NCBI GenBank assembly: GCA_965215515.1
Contig: OZ244057.1
Span: 1,632,001 to 1,696,000 of the forward strand
Direction of reading: 5' to 3'
Source of the DNA: Oligoflexales bacterium
GTDB lineage: Bacteria > Bdellovibrionota_B > Oligoflexia > Oligoflexales > JAPPIL01
DNA: 64,000 nt
A program made the translations under genes and the position numbers. Shown here one piece after another: positions 49,305 to 60,468 of this stretch. Position 1 is the first letter of the stretch. Each line of letters opens with the position of its first letter. The notes beneath the pieces were generated by a model. That model had not been told where the DNA came from and ran no database searches. It saw nothing but the letters and a program-made list of their open reading frames with translations.

Positions 49305-52300
49305 CCGTTGTTGCAGAGCAACGGGTAAGGTTTATGCAATTCAATGCAAGTTTTACCGTGAAGATCAAGAACTTAAGAAAAGTGACATCGACTCTTTTTT
49401 CAATGAACTAGGCAAAAAAGATTTCTATAGGGGTATTATCTTCTCTACTACTAGTAGATGGAGCGTTCATGCAGAAAAAGCTCTGCAAGGGCGAAGTAAA
49501 GAATGTCAACGTGTTGATCTCAATAACATGGAGCAGTTCAATGTTGACTGGGAAAAGCTATTAAGCAAAGACCGCAAGCAAGCTCTCTTGCCACAAAAAA
49601 AGCTACGTGATGACCAGAAAGATGCATTGAAGAATGTGGTGCGTGGTTTTGCAGGTGATGATGTCGGCAAAATGATCATGCCTTGCGGCACAGGCAAAAC
49701 TTTCACTGCCCTAAAGGTTGCCGAGAAAATGGGTACCCCTAACGGCACGGTGTTGTTACTTGTGCCATCGCTATCGCTTGTTTCGCAGACACTGCAGGAA
49801 TGGTCACAGCAAGCACAGCGGCCGTTGCAGATTTTTGTTGTGTGCTCTGATACGAAAGTAGGTAAAAAAGACGATGAAGATATTCACACTTATGACCTTG
49901 CCTTACCATCTACCACTGATCCCTGCGCCCTTGCTGACGAAATGCGGAAGGCTCTAACAAGCAATAATAATTCACGTACCATGAATGTTATTTTTTCGAC
50001 CTATCAGTCAATTGAGGTAGTCGCTGAGGCACAGGAAAAACGGAACATACCTGTCTTTGATCTCATTATTTGCGATGAAGCGCATCGCACTACTGGGGTA
50101 GAAGATCGCGAGAGCAAGTCCTCATATTTCACCCAAGTGCACGATAAAAATTTCATCAAAGCAAGCAAACGATTGTTCATGACTGCAACACCGCGTATCT
50201 ATACAGAGAAATCAAAAAAGAAAGCGAAAGAATATGACGTAGAAGTTTTTTCAATGGACGAGATGTTGGAATGCGTTGGCAAAAAGATCAGTCGGTGACA
50301 ACGAACACTGGGGCGATATGCGGCCAGCTAAACGCGCTGTTGCTTTTTCGGGCACAATTAAACGCTCGCAAGCTTTTCAAGCTCAGTTTAATACTGCTAT
50401 TAAGTTTTTCAAAGATAACAACTCACAGGAAACTAACATCCTCGATTGTGATGTCCATCATATCGATGGCAAACAGAATGCTTTGCTACGCAACCGTGAA
50501 CTGCGTTGGCTAAAAGATGAACCTGCTAAAAACGAATGCCGTATCTTGAGTAATGCCCGCTGTCTCTCTGAAGGTGTTGATGTACCTGCTCTTGATGCCG
50601 TACTGTTTTTGAATCCACGTCGTTCAGAAATAGATGTGGTGCAATCTGTCGGGCGGGTCATGCGTAAAGCGGAAAACAAAAAATACGGCTATATTATTTT
50701 GCCGATTATTATTCCAAAAGGTGCAGATGTAGATAAGGCACTAAACAGCGATACTACCTATGCTGCCGTGTGGGAAATTCTGCAAGCGTTGCGCTCGCAC
50801 GATGACCGTTTCAATGCCATGATCAATCAACTGGAGTTGAACAAAAAGCCTCCATCGCAGTTAATCTTCGGTAGTTGTCACGAAAGTTTTAAGCAACCAC
50901 AAGAGCTTATCATTAGTGCAGAGCAAATCAAAAAATTACGTGAGGCAGTATTTGCCAAGCTAGTAGTCAAATGTGGCGATCGTCAATACTGGGAAAAATG
51001 GGCAAGAGACATCAAAAAAACGGCAAGAATTGTCACCAATCGTATCAGTGAGGTAATCAAAGAAGCACGCTACCAGACTGTCTTTGCCAAATTTCTGCAC
51101 AATCTGCAACTCAATCTCAACCCCGCGGTAGACAAGGAGAGTGCTGTTGATATGCTCGCACAACACACGATCACCAAACCGATTTTCGCTGCGTTGTTCA
51201 ACGATTATGATTTCGTTACACACAACCCTGTCTCTAAAAGTATGGAAGGGATGGTGCAGCTGTTACAAAACCTTGCACTTGCAGAAACAAAAGACCTCAG
51301 CCAATTCTATGCCAGTATTAAACGCAGGGTTGAAGGCATAGATAACGATGAAGGTAAAGAAAAGGTTATGAAAGAGCTGTATGAGAACTTTTTCAAGCAG
51401 GCATTCCCTGTTACTCGCCTACTATATCGGGGCAATAGGCATCGAACAAGCGTATCATTTCAGGAAACAACAGGCAGGACTTGATAACGAATACGAAACA
51501 TTCAGAGGCATTGTGCTTACCGATACGTTTCAGATCAGCGAACACGGGGAGTTGAACGGTGATTTCTTTGTCGAGAACAAAGAGCAAATCGAGCGGCAGA
51601 CCCGCGGCCCGATCAAGGTAATCGTCGGTAATCCACCGTGGTCGGTGGGGCAGAGTAGCGAAAACGATGCCAACAAAAACCTCAAGTACACCAAACTTGA
51701 CGCGAGAATTGCTGAAAGCTATGTCAAATTATCTGCAGCAACCTTAAGTAAAAGGGGTTTATGATTCCTATGTGCGCGCCCTGCGTTGGGCAGCAGATCG
51801 TATCGGTGATAACGGGATCGTCTCGTTTGTCACCAACGGTAATTTTATCGAAACTCCCAGTATGGATGGCCTACGTGCATCACTGGCAAAGGAGTTTAGT
51901 GCTGTCTATGTCATTGATCTCAAGGGAGACTCACGTAATTCTCGTGTGGTAGAAGAAGATCAGGGAGGTAATATATTTAACGTAAGAACCCCGATTGCAA
52001 TCACATTACTGGTAAAGCAAAGTCCAAAGTCTGGCTGTAAAATCAAGTACCACAATATCGGTGATTTTTTGTCAGGAGATGAGAAACTAAAGAGCATTGC
52101 AAAGACTAGCAACGTTGTAAATATTAAAGACTGGGAACATATAGCACCGAGCAAACAGCACACGTGGCTCAACCAGCGTGACCCGCGCTTCGCAAAATTT
52201 ATGTCGATGGAAAACGTTAAAGGTGAAACAGACACAGCTATCTTTAACCTGTGTTCGCTAGGTGTGGTAACAAGCCGCGATGCATGGGTTTACAACTATG

Positions 52301-52819
52301 ATCGACAGACATTAGCAAAGAACGTAAAGAAGACGATTGCTTTTTACAACAGCGAACTAGCACGTTGGCAGGAGCGAACAGATGACTTACCTGTTGAAAA
52401 ATTTATCAATAGAGATGACCAAAAAATCAGTTGGAGCGCTAAGGAAAAAATATCCATTCAAGATTACAGGATTAGAGAAGGGCAACCTGCACGTACAAAA
52501 GATGAAACATCCGAAAGTTGGCAAAGAAAATGATCTTAGTCAGATCATCTACAACGATGATATAACTATCTCTGGTATTCCTGAAGAGGCTTACCGCTAT
52601 GAGGTAGCAGGGCGAAGCGCGATCTGGTGGATCATGAACCGTTACCGAATAAAAACTGACAAGAAGAGTGGCATCGTCAACGACCCCAACAAGTGGAGCG
52701 ATGACCCGCACTACATCATCGAACTGTTGCAAAGGGTTGTTACAGTAAGTGTTGAGAGCGTGAAGTTGATCAGTGCACTGCCAACAGAAGATGACGAAAA
52801 AGAGGAGAAAGCAGCGTAG
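49305..52819 (+). pseudogene. Fragmented Type ISP restriction-modification enzyme (nuclease-SF2 helicase-MTase-TRD)
   Basis: AIQCKFY; MPCGTGKT; DEAHRT; TATPR; RCLSEGVDVP; QSVGRVMRK; VGNPPW; SGIVNDPN; frame breaks near 50261, 51410, 51760 and 52440. Confidence 0.85.
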
Positions 52820-52820
52820 A

Positions 52821-53005
52821 ATCGTGCAACAAGCATAGCTCAACAGACGGAAAGATTTTGTTGCGCTCAAATCCATCTACAAACGACTGTTTGAGAAGAT
52901 CGTTGTGAAACCACTGGAGAACGCACATGTAGAGTTGGAATTCATCCTACGGGACCTATCCACACCCAAAGTTTGAGGTCAAAAATTGTCTGTCGGCACG
53001 TCAAG
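52821..53005 (+). pseudogene. C-terminal tail of a large serine recombinase running into the tRNA 3' end (att-proximal remnant)
   Basis: ALKSIYKRLFEKIVVKPLENAHVELEFILRDLSTP..FEVKNC matches DEAKVRLQFIFKNLSTP..DEVTNC at ~24160-24240. Confidence 0.5.
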
Positions 53006-53079
53006 CGACCCCAGCAGGACTCGAACCTGCAGCCTCGACCTTAGGAAGGTCTTGCTCTATCCAATTGAGCTACGGGGCC
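53006..53079 (-). tRNA. tRNA-Arg (anticodon CCT)
   Basis: GGCCCCGTAGCTCAATTGGATAGAGC...TTCCTAA...GCAGGTTCGAGTCCTGCTGGGGTCG cloverleaf; CCA not encoded. Confidence 0.93.
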
Positions 53080-53090
53080 TTTATTGCACC

Positions 53091-54272
53091 CTAAATAATA
53101 CCTAACTCACGCCCGACGTTAGCAAAAACAGCCAGTGCCTGTTCAAGCTCTGTGCGAGTGTGTGCCGCGGAAACCTGCACCCGAATACGTGCTTTGCCTT
53201 CAGGCACAACGGGATAAAAAAAACCCACCGCGTATACACCTCGTTCATACAGCAACTGTGCCATGCGTTGTGCTTGAGCAGCCTCACCCACCATGAGGGG
53301 GATTATCGGATGCTCACCCGCGATGAGTGTAAAGCCGAGTTTTTGCAAGCCTCGACGGAAAAAACGACTGTTAGCGTGTAGCTTAGCGCGCAACTGCGGA
53401 TTTTCCGCCATGAAATCCAAAGCTCGCAACGACGTGGCGACAATGACAGGGGCAAGCGTATTGGAAAAAAGGTAGGGACGTGATTTCTGACGCAACATTG
53501 CGATAAGTTCCCTGCGCCCTGCCGCATAACCACCTGATGCACCGCCGAGTGCCTTGCCCAACGTGCCCGTGATGATGTCCACTCGCTCACTGACTCCGCA
53601 ATGCTCGATCGTGCCCGCGCCACTTTTTCCCAGCACCCCCACTGCATGCGAATCATCGACCATCACCAGTGCCTGGTAGGTGTGCGCTAACGCACAAATT
53701 TTCTCTAACTGCGCCAACGTGCCATCCATCGAAAACACACCATCGGTGGCAACAAGGCGAAATCTCGCCGCACCGCTGGCCTTGAGCTTATCCTCTAGAT
53801 CCCGCATGTCGTTGTTGCCATAACGATACCGTGTCGCTTTGCATAAACGAATACCATCGATAATGCTGGCATGATTGAGTGCGTCGCTGATAATCGCATC
53901 CCGCGCATCGAAGAGTGTTTCAAACAAGCCTGTATTGGCATCAAAACAAGAAGAATAAAGAATAGCATCCTCTTTGCCCAACAACGCGGCGATTTTCTGC
54001 TCCAACTGACGATGAATTTTCTGTGTGCCGCAGATAAACCGTACCGACGACAAGCCGTAACCGTAATGTATAAGTGCCTCCCGCGCCGCCTGCACTAACT
54101 GAGGGTGTGCAGCCAAACCGAGATAGTTATTCGCACACAGGTTGATAACCTGGCCTGCAATGCGCACCGTGCTGCCCTGTGCTGAGCATAACGCGCGTTC
54201 CTCCTTGTACAGATGTCGCTTGCGCATCTCCTGCAGCTGTGTAGCAAGACCTGTGTAAAACCCCGTCTTCAC
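53091..54272 (-). CDS. kbl: Glycine C-acetyltransferase (2-amino-3-ketobutyrate CoA ligase), alpha-oxoamine synthase family
   Basis: [71 protein letters not shown]. Confidence 0.88.
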   Translation of the reverse strand: MKTGFYTGLATQLQEMRKRHLYKEERALCSAQGSTVRIAGQVINLCANNYLGLAAHPQLVQAAREALIHYGYGLSSVRFICGTQKIHRQLEQKIAALLGKEDAILYSSCFDANTGLFETLFDARDAIISDALNHASIIDGIRLCKATRYRYGNNDMRDLEDKLKASGAARFRLVATDGVFSMDGTLAQLEKICALAHTYQALVMVDDSHAVGVLGKSGAGTIEHCGVSERVDIITGTLGKALGGASGGYAAGRRELIAMLRQKSRPYLFSNTLAPVIVATSLRALDFMAENPQLRAKLHANSRFFRRGLQKLGFTLIAGEHPIIPLMVGEAAQAQRMAQLLYERGVYAVGFFYPVVPEGKARIRVQVSAAHTRTELEQALAVFANVGRELGII

Positions 54273-56260
54273 CCCACCTCCAACCGCGCTTGTTCCAAAG
54301 CGTGCAAAGCCACCCCCAGCTCGTCATCCGTAATAACCAGCGGAGGCACAAAATAAATTGTCTCACCCAGTGGGCGCAGAAACAACTGATGTGCTGCTGC
54401 CACACGCGCAAAAACCTGTGCAGTCTCTGCATCACACACCTCAAAAGCGAGAATACCACCCAAAGCACGTGGATTGTCGAGCCGTGTTCTGTGCTGTGCA
54501 ATCCACGCCGTGAAGCGATTTTCTAATCCTAAAGCATGCTCATTAATGTTTTCTTGGCGAGCAATTGTCAGGGCAGTCAAGGCAGCACGGCAAGCGACAG
54601 GATTGGCTGTGAAGGTGTGACCGTGCATGAAAGCCCGTGCCGCAGTAGCAAAACCGTCAAAAAATTCTGCTTTTGTCAAAGTCAAACCCAGCGGCAGCAC
54701 CCCACCCGTCAAGCCTTTCGCGAGACACACGATGTCGGGCACGATACCCGCACGTTGAAAAGCAAAATCATGCCCACAACGACCGCAGGCAGTGAACACT
54801 TCGTCAAAAATCACAGGGATGCCGTGTTCTGTTGCCAGCCGACTTATCTCTCGCAACCAAGCAACCTCCTGCATTACCATGCCAGCTGCCCCCTGTACTA
54901 ATGGCTCGACAATTATGGCGCAGAGACGCGCAGCGTTGTCCTCCAACAGATGCTGACACCGCGCGATATTTTGCGACAAAGCCTGTGCCCCTTCAGGACA
55001 GACACGGGAAGGATGAGTGGTGACAGGGGCGAGCCGCAAAGTTTTGCATAACAGTGTATCGAACTCGCCCCGAAAACGCTTGAGATCGCTGACCGCCATC
55101 GCTCCCAGAGTGTCGCCGTGGTAACTGCCATGCAGTGCGACGAAGGTGTCGCGCTGCGGCTCACCACGATTGCGTTGGTGCTGAAAAGCAATCTTCAGCG
55201 CTACTTCCACTGCAGTCGAGCCGTTGTCGGAGAAAAAAACACGGGCAAAGTTTCCCTCGCCGCGGGCCAGAATCTCGTGTGCCAGTCGTGCGGCAGGTTC
55301 ATGCGTAAGCCCCGCAAACGCCACGTGGTCGCACTGGCGTATCTGCGCCGCGCAGTTGCGTGCTATTTCTGTGCGTCCATGCCCGATGTTATTTGTCCAC
55401 CACGAACTGATACCATCGATCAAACGTCGCCCCTCGCTATCCTCCAGCCAGACACCTTTAGTTTTGACGATAGCACGAGGTGGTGTCTGTGCTTGCGGGC
55501 GGGTGAAAGGATGCCAGACACTGCACTGGTCATACTCGCGCCACACCTGTGCCTGTGTGGTAACGGAATTCAGTCTCTCGTCGATGAAGCGTGTCAGTGT
55601 ACTGCTGTGTGTTCCCCAGTCTTGACTGTCCGAGAGCTCAGCGCATGCTTCAAGACTGTGCACCGCTGTGTTGCCATGCATGCGTTGCACGACAGCTTCG
55701 TTGTCGTGGAAGCGAGCACCGCATAAAACGACCGCGCTGGCCGTGAAACCGTTGTCCCGCAAGCAATGCAACGATAACGCCGTATGGTTTAACGTGCCTA
55801 ACCCACTGCTGGCAGCCAGCACGATGGCGAACTTATTGCCCAGAGTCAAAAAATCCAGCCAGGTTTGCAATTCGTTGTTCAACGGCACATGCAGTCCCCC
55901 TGCTGCTTCGATAAGCAGAACATCGAGCTGCATCGTGCTTTGTATTTTCGCTAGCCGCGCCCCTAGGGTGGGCAAATTGACCGCCGCCTTCTTCTCCTTG
56001 ACCGCCGCTGCATGAGGGGAGATAGGAGTGTCGTAAGCAAAACAAGACGGAAAGATTTTTACCTGCGGGGCGTGCCGAGCGATGATCTCCGTATCACTAG
56101 GCTGTCCTGACGATACTGGTTTCCAGTAACCGACCCGTGTGCACTCAACCCCTTGCCGCTTCCTAGCTCCTTGCCGACTGAACCCGTCGCCTAGTGCCGC
56201 AGCGAGCGTCGTCTTGCCAACACCCGTGCCCGTACCCGCGATGAAGATGTTGTGCCGCAC
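54269..56260 (-). CDS. bioD/bioA: Fused dethiobiotin synthase / DAPA aminotransferase
   Basis: [31 protein letters not shown]; then [50 protein letters not shown]. Confidence 0.9.
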   Translation of the reverse strand: MRHNIFIAGTGTGVGKTTLAAALGDGFSRQGARKRQGVECTRVGYWKPVSSGQPSDTEIIARHAPQVKIFPSCFAYDTPISPHAAAVKEKKAAVNLPTLGARLAKIQSTMQLDVLLIEAAGGLHVPLNNELQTWLDFLTLGNKFAIVLAASSGLGTLNHTALSLHCLRDNGFTASAVVLCGARFHDNEAVVQRMHGNTAVHSLEACAELSDSQDWGTHSSTLTRFIDERLNSVTTQAQVWREYDQCSVWHPFTRPQAQTPPRAIVKTKGVWLEDSEGRRLIDGISSWWTNNIGHGRTEIARNCAAQIRQCDHVAFAGLTHEPAARLAHEILARGEGNFARVFFSDNGSTAVEVALKIAFQHQRNRGEPQRDTFVALHGSYHGDTLGAMAVSDLKRFRGEFDTLLCKTLRLAPVTTHPSRVCPEGAQALSQNIARCQHLLEDNAARLCAIIVEPLVQGAAGMVMQEVAWLREISRLATEHGIPVIFDEVFTACGRCGHDFAFQRAGIVPDIVCLAKGLTGGVLPLGLTLTKAEFFDGFATAARAFMHGHTFTANPVACRAALTALTIARQENINEHALGLENRFTAWIAQHRTRLDNPRALGGILAFEVCDAETAQVFARVAAAHQLFLRPLGETIYFVPPLVITDDELGVALHALEQARLEVG

Positions 56261-56631
56261 TAGCCACTCGCGTAATCACCGTCGGCAAACTACACACTCA
56301 AACTAGGTGGGTCAAGTGTCACAGCATGCATTACCACCCATGCGTCCACGGCGATGAGGCGACGAGCGATGCCGACCTACATGGTCAGGGCAAGCAGAAG
56401 TGACACCGCGGCACATCAGCTGTCCTGTTTCTTGAGCGCAATCCCCGCGCTTTCTTTGTTTTGTGCTGACAGCGTGTTGTTATTCTGCTAAGATACGGGG
56501 AGGTGTGTCTCTGTGAGGTTAGGGCATTGTGTGTGGTGCGGTCGGGAATGGCTGTGCGCGGTGGGGTGTGAGTCGTGAACCGCTTGCTGAGTGGCGGTGG
56601 TTTGCTCAGCGGTAGTGACAGGAGGTCGAGT

Positions 56632-58614
56632 ATGTCCAGTAAGGGGATGGTGTTGTTCTGTGGTGTGCTGGTGGTGTTGAGCAGTTGTGCCCATGAATTC
56701 CCTGCCAAGATAGCGAACATGGCGACGAGTGAGGATTTTGTGTCACGCTGGCGCGTGGCAGGCGAACGTAAGCGTATTACGTTGCCGTTGGTCGCAGGCT
56801 ATAACTACAACTTTGTTGTCGATTGGGGTGACGGGGCGAGCGATGCGATTGTGCTTGCTGATGATCCCAATACCACGCACCGTTATGTGCACGCAGGTGA
56901 GTATACGGTCACGATTTCTGGGGTGTTGGAAGCGTGGGACTTTCAGCAGACAAAGAACAGCCGTAACCTCTTACTGGGTGTAGAGGATCTTGGTGCGGTA
57001 GGTTGGCGCAGTTTGCGCGGGGCTTTCGCAGGATGTGATAACTTGACTGCATTGCAGGGTGGCGATACTGCCTTGGTCGAGGACATGAGCAGCGTCTTTC
57101 ACAACTCATCTCGTATCAACCCCGACATCGGCGACTGGGACACGGCACGGGTGCGAGACATGAGCTACATGTTTAGCAGCGCACCAGCAGTGATTGTCTA
57201 CAGCGAGCGACCCACGTTTGTCGATGGTGTAGTCGCCTCGGTCGCCAACCCTGAGGTCAGCCGCTGGGATACGAGCAGCGTCACCGACCTGAGCCACATG
57301 TTTGCAGGAGCGGTGCAGGCTGACCCTGAGGTCAGCAGGTGGGATACGAGTAACGTCACCGATCTGAGCCACATGTTCGAGGGTGCAGTGCAGGCTAACC
57401 CTGAGGTCGGCAACTGGAACACCGCCGCGGTGACCAATATGTACTCGATGTTTGCAGGGGCAACAACCGCCAACCCCGATGTCAGTCGTTGGGACACGCA
57501 CGCGGTGACTAACATGGGGGCGATGTTTTACCGTGCTGAAAAAGCCGACCCTGAGGTCAGCAGGTGGGATACAGGGATGGTAAACAACCTAAGTTACATG
57601 TTTGAAGGGGCACTGAGCGCCGATCCCGATGTCAGCCGCTGGGATACGAGCAACGTCCTAACGATGAAAGGAACTTTTTATCGCACCAGCCGTGCCGACC
57701 CTAGTGTGAGTGATTGGAACACCGCTAAGGTGACTGACATGAGCTATCTTTTTGCCGACGCAACCCTTGCCGACCCTGATGTCAGCAAGTGGAATACCGC
57801 CGCCGTACAGAACATGCGGCATCTCTTCCACCATGCTCTACATGCGAACCCTGATGTCAGCAAGTGGAATACCGCCAACGTGACCGATATGAGTTCGATG
57901 TTCGAGGGAGCGTTGCGCGCCGATCCTGATGTCAGTCATTGGGACACAGCAAAAGTTACCAACCTCAACCACATGTTCGAAGGTGCGTTCGTCGCTAACC
58001 CTGATGTCAGCGAGTGGAATACCGCTAACGTTGTCTACATGCGAGGGGTTTTTCATCGCACCCATCGTGCCGATCCCGATGTCAGCAACTGGCAAACAGC
58101 AAACGTGGTGCGTATGGACTATATGTTCGAGGACGCGGTGGCCGCACGCCCCGATGTTTCTAGCTGGAATACCGCACGAGTTACCCACATGGACAGTATG
58201 TTCAGAGGAGCGATGCAGGCACGCCCCGATGTTTCTAACTGGAATACCGCCGCGGTGGTCGATATGGATCGCATGTTTCAAGATGCCGCCAGAGCACGCC
58301 CCGATGTTTCTAACTGGATTACCACCCGTGTTACTGACATGGAGAGTATGTTCGAAGGTGCAAGTTCCGCCGCACCTGACATGTCTAGCTGGGATTTCCG
58401 CAACGTCAACAACATGCACAACATGTTCACAGGACTGGCTTTGCCTGTTACCATCTACAGTGACATGCTGCTGCGCATTCTCGCAACCTCGCAGCAACGG
58501 CAAGTAACCCTTGACGCAGGCAACTCACATTACAACGCAGCCGCCGCAAAGGCACGCCGTCGCCTAGTCAGCGCATACGGCTGGCATATCCGCGACGGCG
58601 GGCGTGCCCGCTGA
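56632..58614 (+). CDS. DUF285/BspA-like surface lipoprotein with 25-aa repeats
   Basis: AGGAGG RBS, lipobox LSSC, PKD-like VDWGDG domain, 17 repeats of PDVSxW(D/N)TxxVxxMxxMF. Confidence 0.85.
   Translation: MSSKGMVLFCGVLVVLSSCAHEFPAKIANMATSEDFVSRWRVAGERKRITLPLVAGYNYNFVVDWGDGASDAIVLADDPNTTHRYVHAGEYTVTISGVLEAWDFQQTKNSRNLLLGVEDLGAVGWRSLRGAFAGCDNLTALQGGDTALVEDMSSVFHNSSRINPDIGDWDTARVRDMSYMFSSAPAVIVYSERPTFVDGVVASVANPEVSRWDTSSVTDLSHMFAGAVQADPEVSRWDTSNVTDLSHMFEGAVQANPEVGNWNTAAVTNMYSMFAGATTANPDVSRWDTHAVTNMGAMFYRAEKADPEVSRWDTGMVNNLSYMFEGALSADPDVSRWDTSNVLTMKGTFYRTSRADPSVSDWNTAKVTDMSYLFADATLADPDVSKWNTAAVQNMRHLFHHALHANPDVSKWNTANVTDMSSMFEGALRADPDVSHWDTAKVTNLNHMFEGAFVANPDVSEWNTANVVYMRGVFHRTHRADPDVSNWQTANVVRMDYMFEDAVAARPDVSSWNTARVTHMDSMFRGAMQARPDVSNWNTAAVVDMDRMFQDAARARPDVSNWITTRVTDMESMFEGASSAAPDMSSWDFRNVNNMHNMFTGLALPVTIYSDMLLRILATSQQRQVTLDAGNSHYNAAAAKARRRLVSAYGWHIRDGGRAR
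57118..58432 (+). repeat. Coding tandem repeat with 75-bp period
   Basis: CC(T/C)GA(T/G)GT...TGG recurs every 75 bp from ~57250; one 54-bp insertion after the first unit. Confidence 0.85.
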
Positions 58615-58780
58615 TGAAAGGCAGCTAATACTTCGCCACCGAACAAATCATCAGCATGTTGTTGCTGCTCTGATAACGTAGCAATTCAAGGCAGCTAGGT
58701 GTTTGAGTAAAGAAACGCGGTCAGGATGCCGACGACTCAGACGCGGTGGTTTGTAGGAAGTATGTTATGGCGGGCGTTTT

Positions 58781-59254
58781 GTGGCTAAGCGCATAAAAAT
58801 TTTCGGCTTCAGTCTTGTCGAACTGATGGCCGCGGTGGCGGTGGTGGGTATCTTGGCTGCTCTCGCCCTGCCGAGGTATCGTGCGTTCATCGCCACCTCA
58901 CGACAGGGGGAGGCGATTACCAATCTTGGCATCATCGCATCGTTGCAGCAAAGCTACTTCCTGCGCTACGATGGCAACTACCATAATACTCTCAAGTACG
59001 GTGACGCCAATGGTGGTGATTGTAGCAATATCGACACAGCGAAGAAAAACGTGCTAGGCTTTAGAGCCACCAAATGCGAAAAATTGCGTTACACCTATAC
59101 CAGCGACAGCGCCACTGGAGGGGGGTCTGCGGCGAGTGGTAGTGTCAGTGGAAAGAACATTTACCCCAATTGCACGGAAACTGACACATGGTCGATCACC
59201 GATGACCGCGATCTATCTCACACTGCAAACGCTATCGCAAAATGTACCGACTAG
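58781..59254 (+). CDS. Type IV pilin (PilA/PilE-like)
   Basis: Prepilin motif G|FSLVELMAAVAVVGILAALALPRY; C-terminal Cys pairs. Confidence 0.88.
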   Translation: MAKRIKIFGFSLVELMAAVAVVGILAALALPRYRAFIATSRQGEAITNLGIIASLQQSYFLRYDGNYHNTLKYGDANGGDCSNIDTAKKNVLGFRATKCEKLRYTYTSDSATGGGSAASGSVSGKNIYPNCTETDTWSITDDRDLSHTANAIAKCTD

Positions 59255-59386
59255 AGCCAGTCTTTCCTCGCTCCCCACTCCTGAATTCCGTGGGTAAATC
59301 AGCATTGTTGCCTAAGTCGGTGTATATTCAGGCACTACGAGTCAGTTTGGCAAAAGAAGTCAGACGAGAAACTGAACTCCTAGCTG

Positions 59387-59878
59387 TCACTTAACCCGAA
59401 TGTGTGAATCAGTAGTAACCCCAAAATTAATTTCCGTGTCCTTCGACCCAATCACATCGGTAATGCTCCACATATTGTCTTCCTTAAGCAACGTGACCGT
59501 GTTGGTAGTTGCAACAAGCGGTGGCTCGTCGCCAGGCGCAATGTCCTGGCGATCATAATAAGAAATGCGAAACGTTATCTCCACCTCCCGCGGAGTGCGA
59601 TCACGGCGCGTAACAATCGAAAAACTATCCAGCTCAAACTTGCGCTTGATGAAGGCATTGGTAATCTCTTCTTGAGTCGCCCCCTCCAACGCAGCCCGCA
59701 ACGCCCCACCCGTGTATTCCAGCAAAACCTCCCGCTGCTCAAGATCAGTCATGCTGGTAGACACCTCGATGTAGCCCTCCAGCACCTGCACCGCACTCAT
59801 AGCCTCCCGCTTAGGCTTGCACCAAGTGAAACACCCCGTCATAAACACCGCAAGCAATAAAACTTTAATAGAACTCAA
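59387..59878 (-). CDS. Hypothetical lipoprotein (NTF2-like)
   Basis: Lipobox FMTGC; operonic overlap with the upstream gene. Confidence 0.6.
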   Translation of the reverse strand: MSSIKVLLLAVFMTGCFTWCKPKREAMSAVQVLEGYIEVSTSMTDLEQREVLLEYTGGALRAALEGATQEEITNAFIKRKFELDSFSIVTRRDRTPREVEITFRISYYDRQDIAPGDEPPLVATTNTVTLLKEDNMWSITDVIGSKDTEINFGVTTDSHIRVK

Positions 59879-60468
59879 GACGACCCCCCTGATGATTTTT
59901 GCTTGAGAGTGCGAATTGTCCGTCGTGGCAAACTACCCGAAATATAACCAGGTCGCTTATGCCTCCTGCGAGAGTAATCATACACGCGCCCGTGCACAGG
60001 GGGATCAACCACCCCCAGCGCCAGTGCATAGCTTTCAATGTCAGGCTGCACGACAGGCCGTAACACAAACCTACGACGCTCAGTCAAAAAATCAAGATCA
60101 CCGCCGATACGATACATGCGATCGTCACAAATCAACGTTGTTGTCCCCATAGCACTCGCAACCCGCACCACCACCTGCTGCGTACGCAAATAATCATACT
60201 GGGACAACACGTCCTGCGCCCTCTCCTGCCCCAGTACCACCCGCACGTCGAGCTTACGATGCGCGGCAAGATAAAGCTCCAACGAAATATCATAATCAGA
60301 CAGATAAGGACTTACCACCCACACCCGCCACTGAGCACGAGCAATCTTAGCTACAATCGCATCACGCAACTGCTCAAAGGCCACGAAACGCCGCACCGCA
60401 GGACGAGCAGCACACACCGCTCCCCCCAACACACCACTCACCACAACACCTAACAACAGTCTCGTCAC
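59875..60468 (-). CDS. Secreted PLD-like domain protein lacking a clear HKD motif
   Basis: IARAQWRVWVVSPYL...LDVRVVL...LICDDRMYRIG. Confidence 0.6.
   Translation of the reverse strand: MTRLLLGVVVSGVLGGAVCAARPAVRRFVAFEQLRDAIVAKIARAQWRVWVVSPYLSDYDISLELYLAAHRKLDVRVVLGQERAQDVLSQYDYLRTQQVVVRVASAMGTTTLICDDRMYRIGGDLDFLTERRRFVLRPVVQPDIESYALALGVVDPPVHGRVYDYSRRRHKRPGYISGSLPRRTIRTLKQKSSGGSS

Noticed and set aside
56281..56380. GGCAAAC...TGCCGAC segment as a c-di-GMP-I riboswitch
   Set aside because: No GNRA tetraloop stem or GACGCAAAGC core visible.
57118..58432. Regularly spaced repeats resembling a CRISPR array
   Set aside because: The period is 75 bp (25 codons), degenerate at third codon positions, inside an open ORF; no unique spacers and no cas genes.
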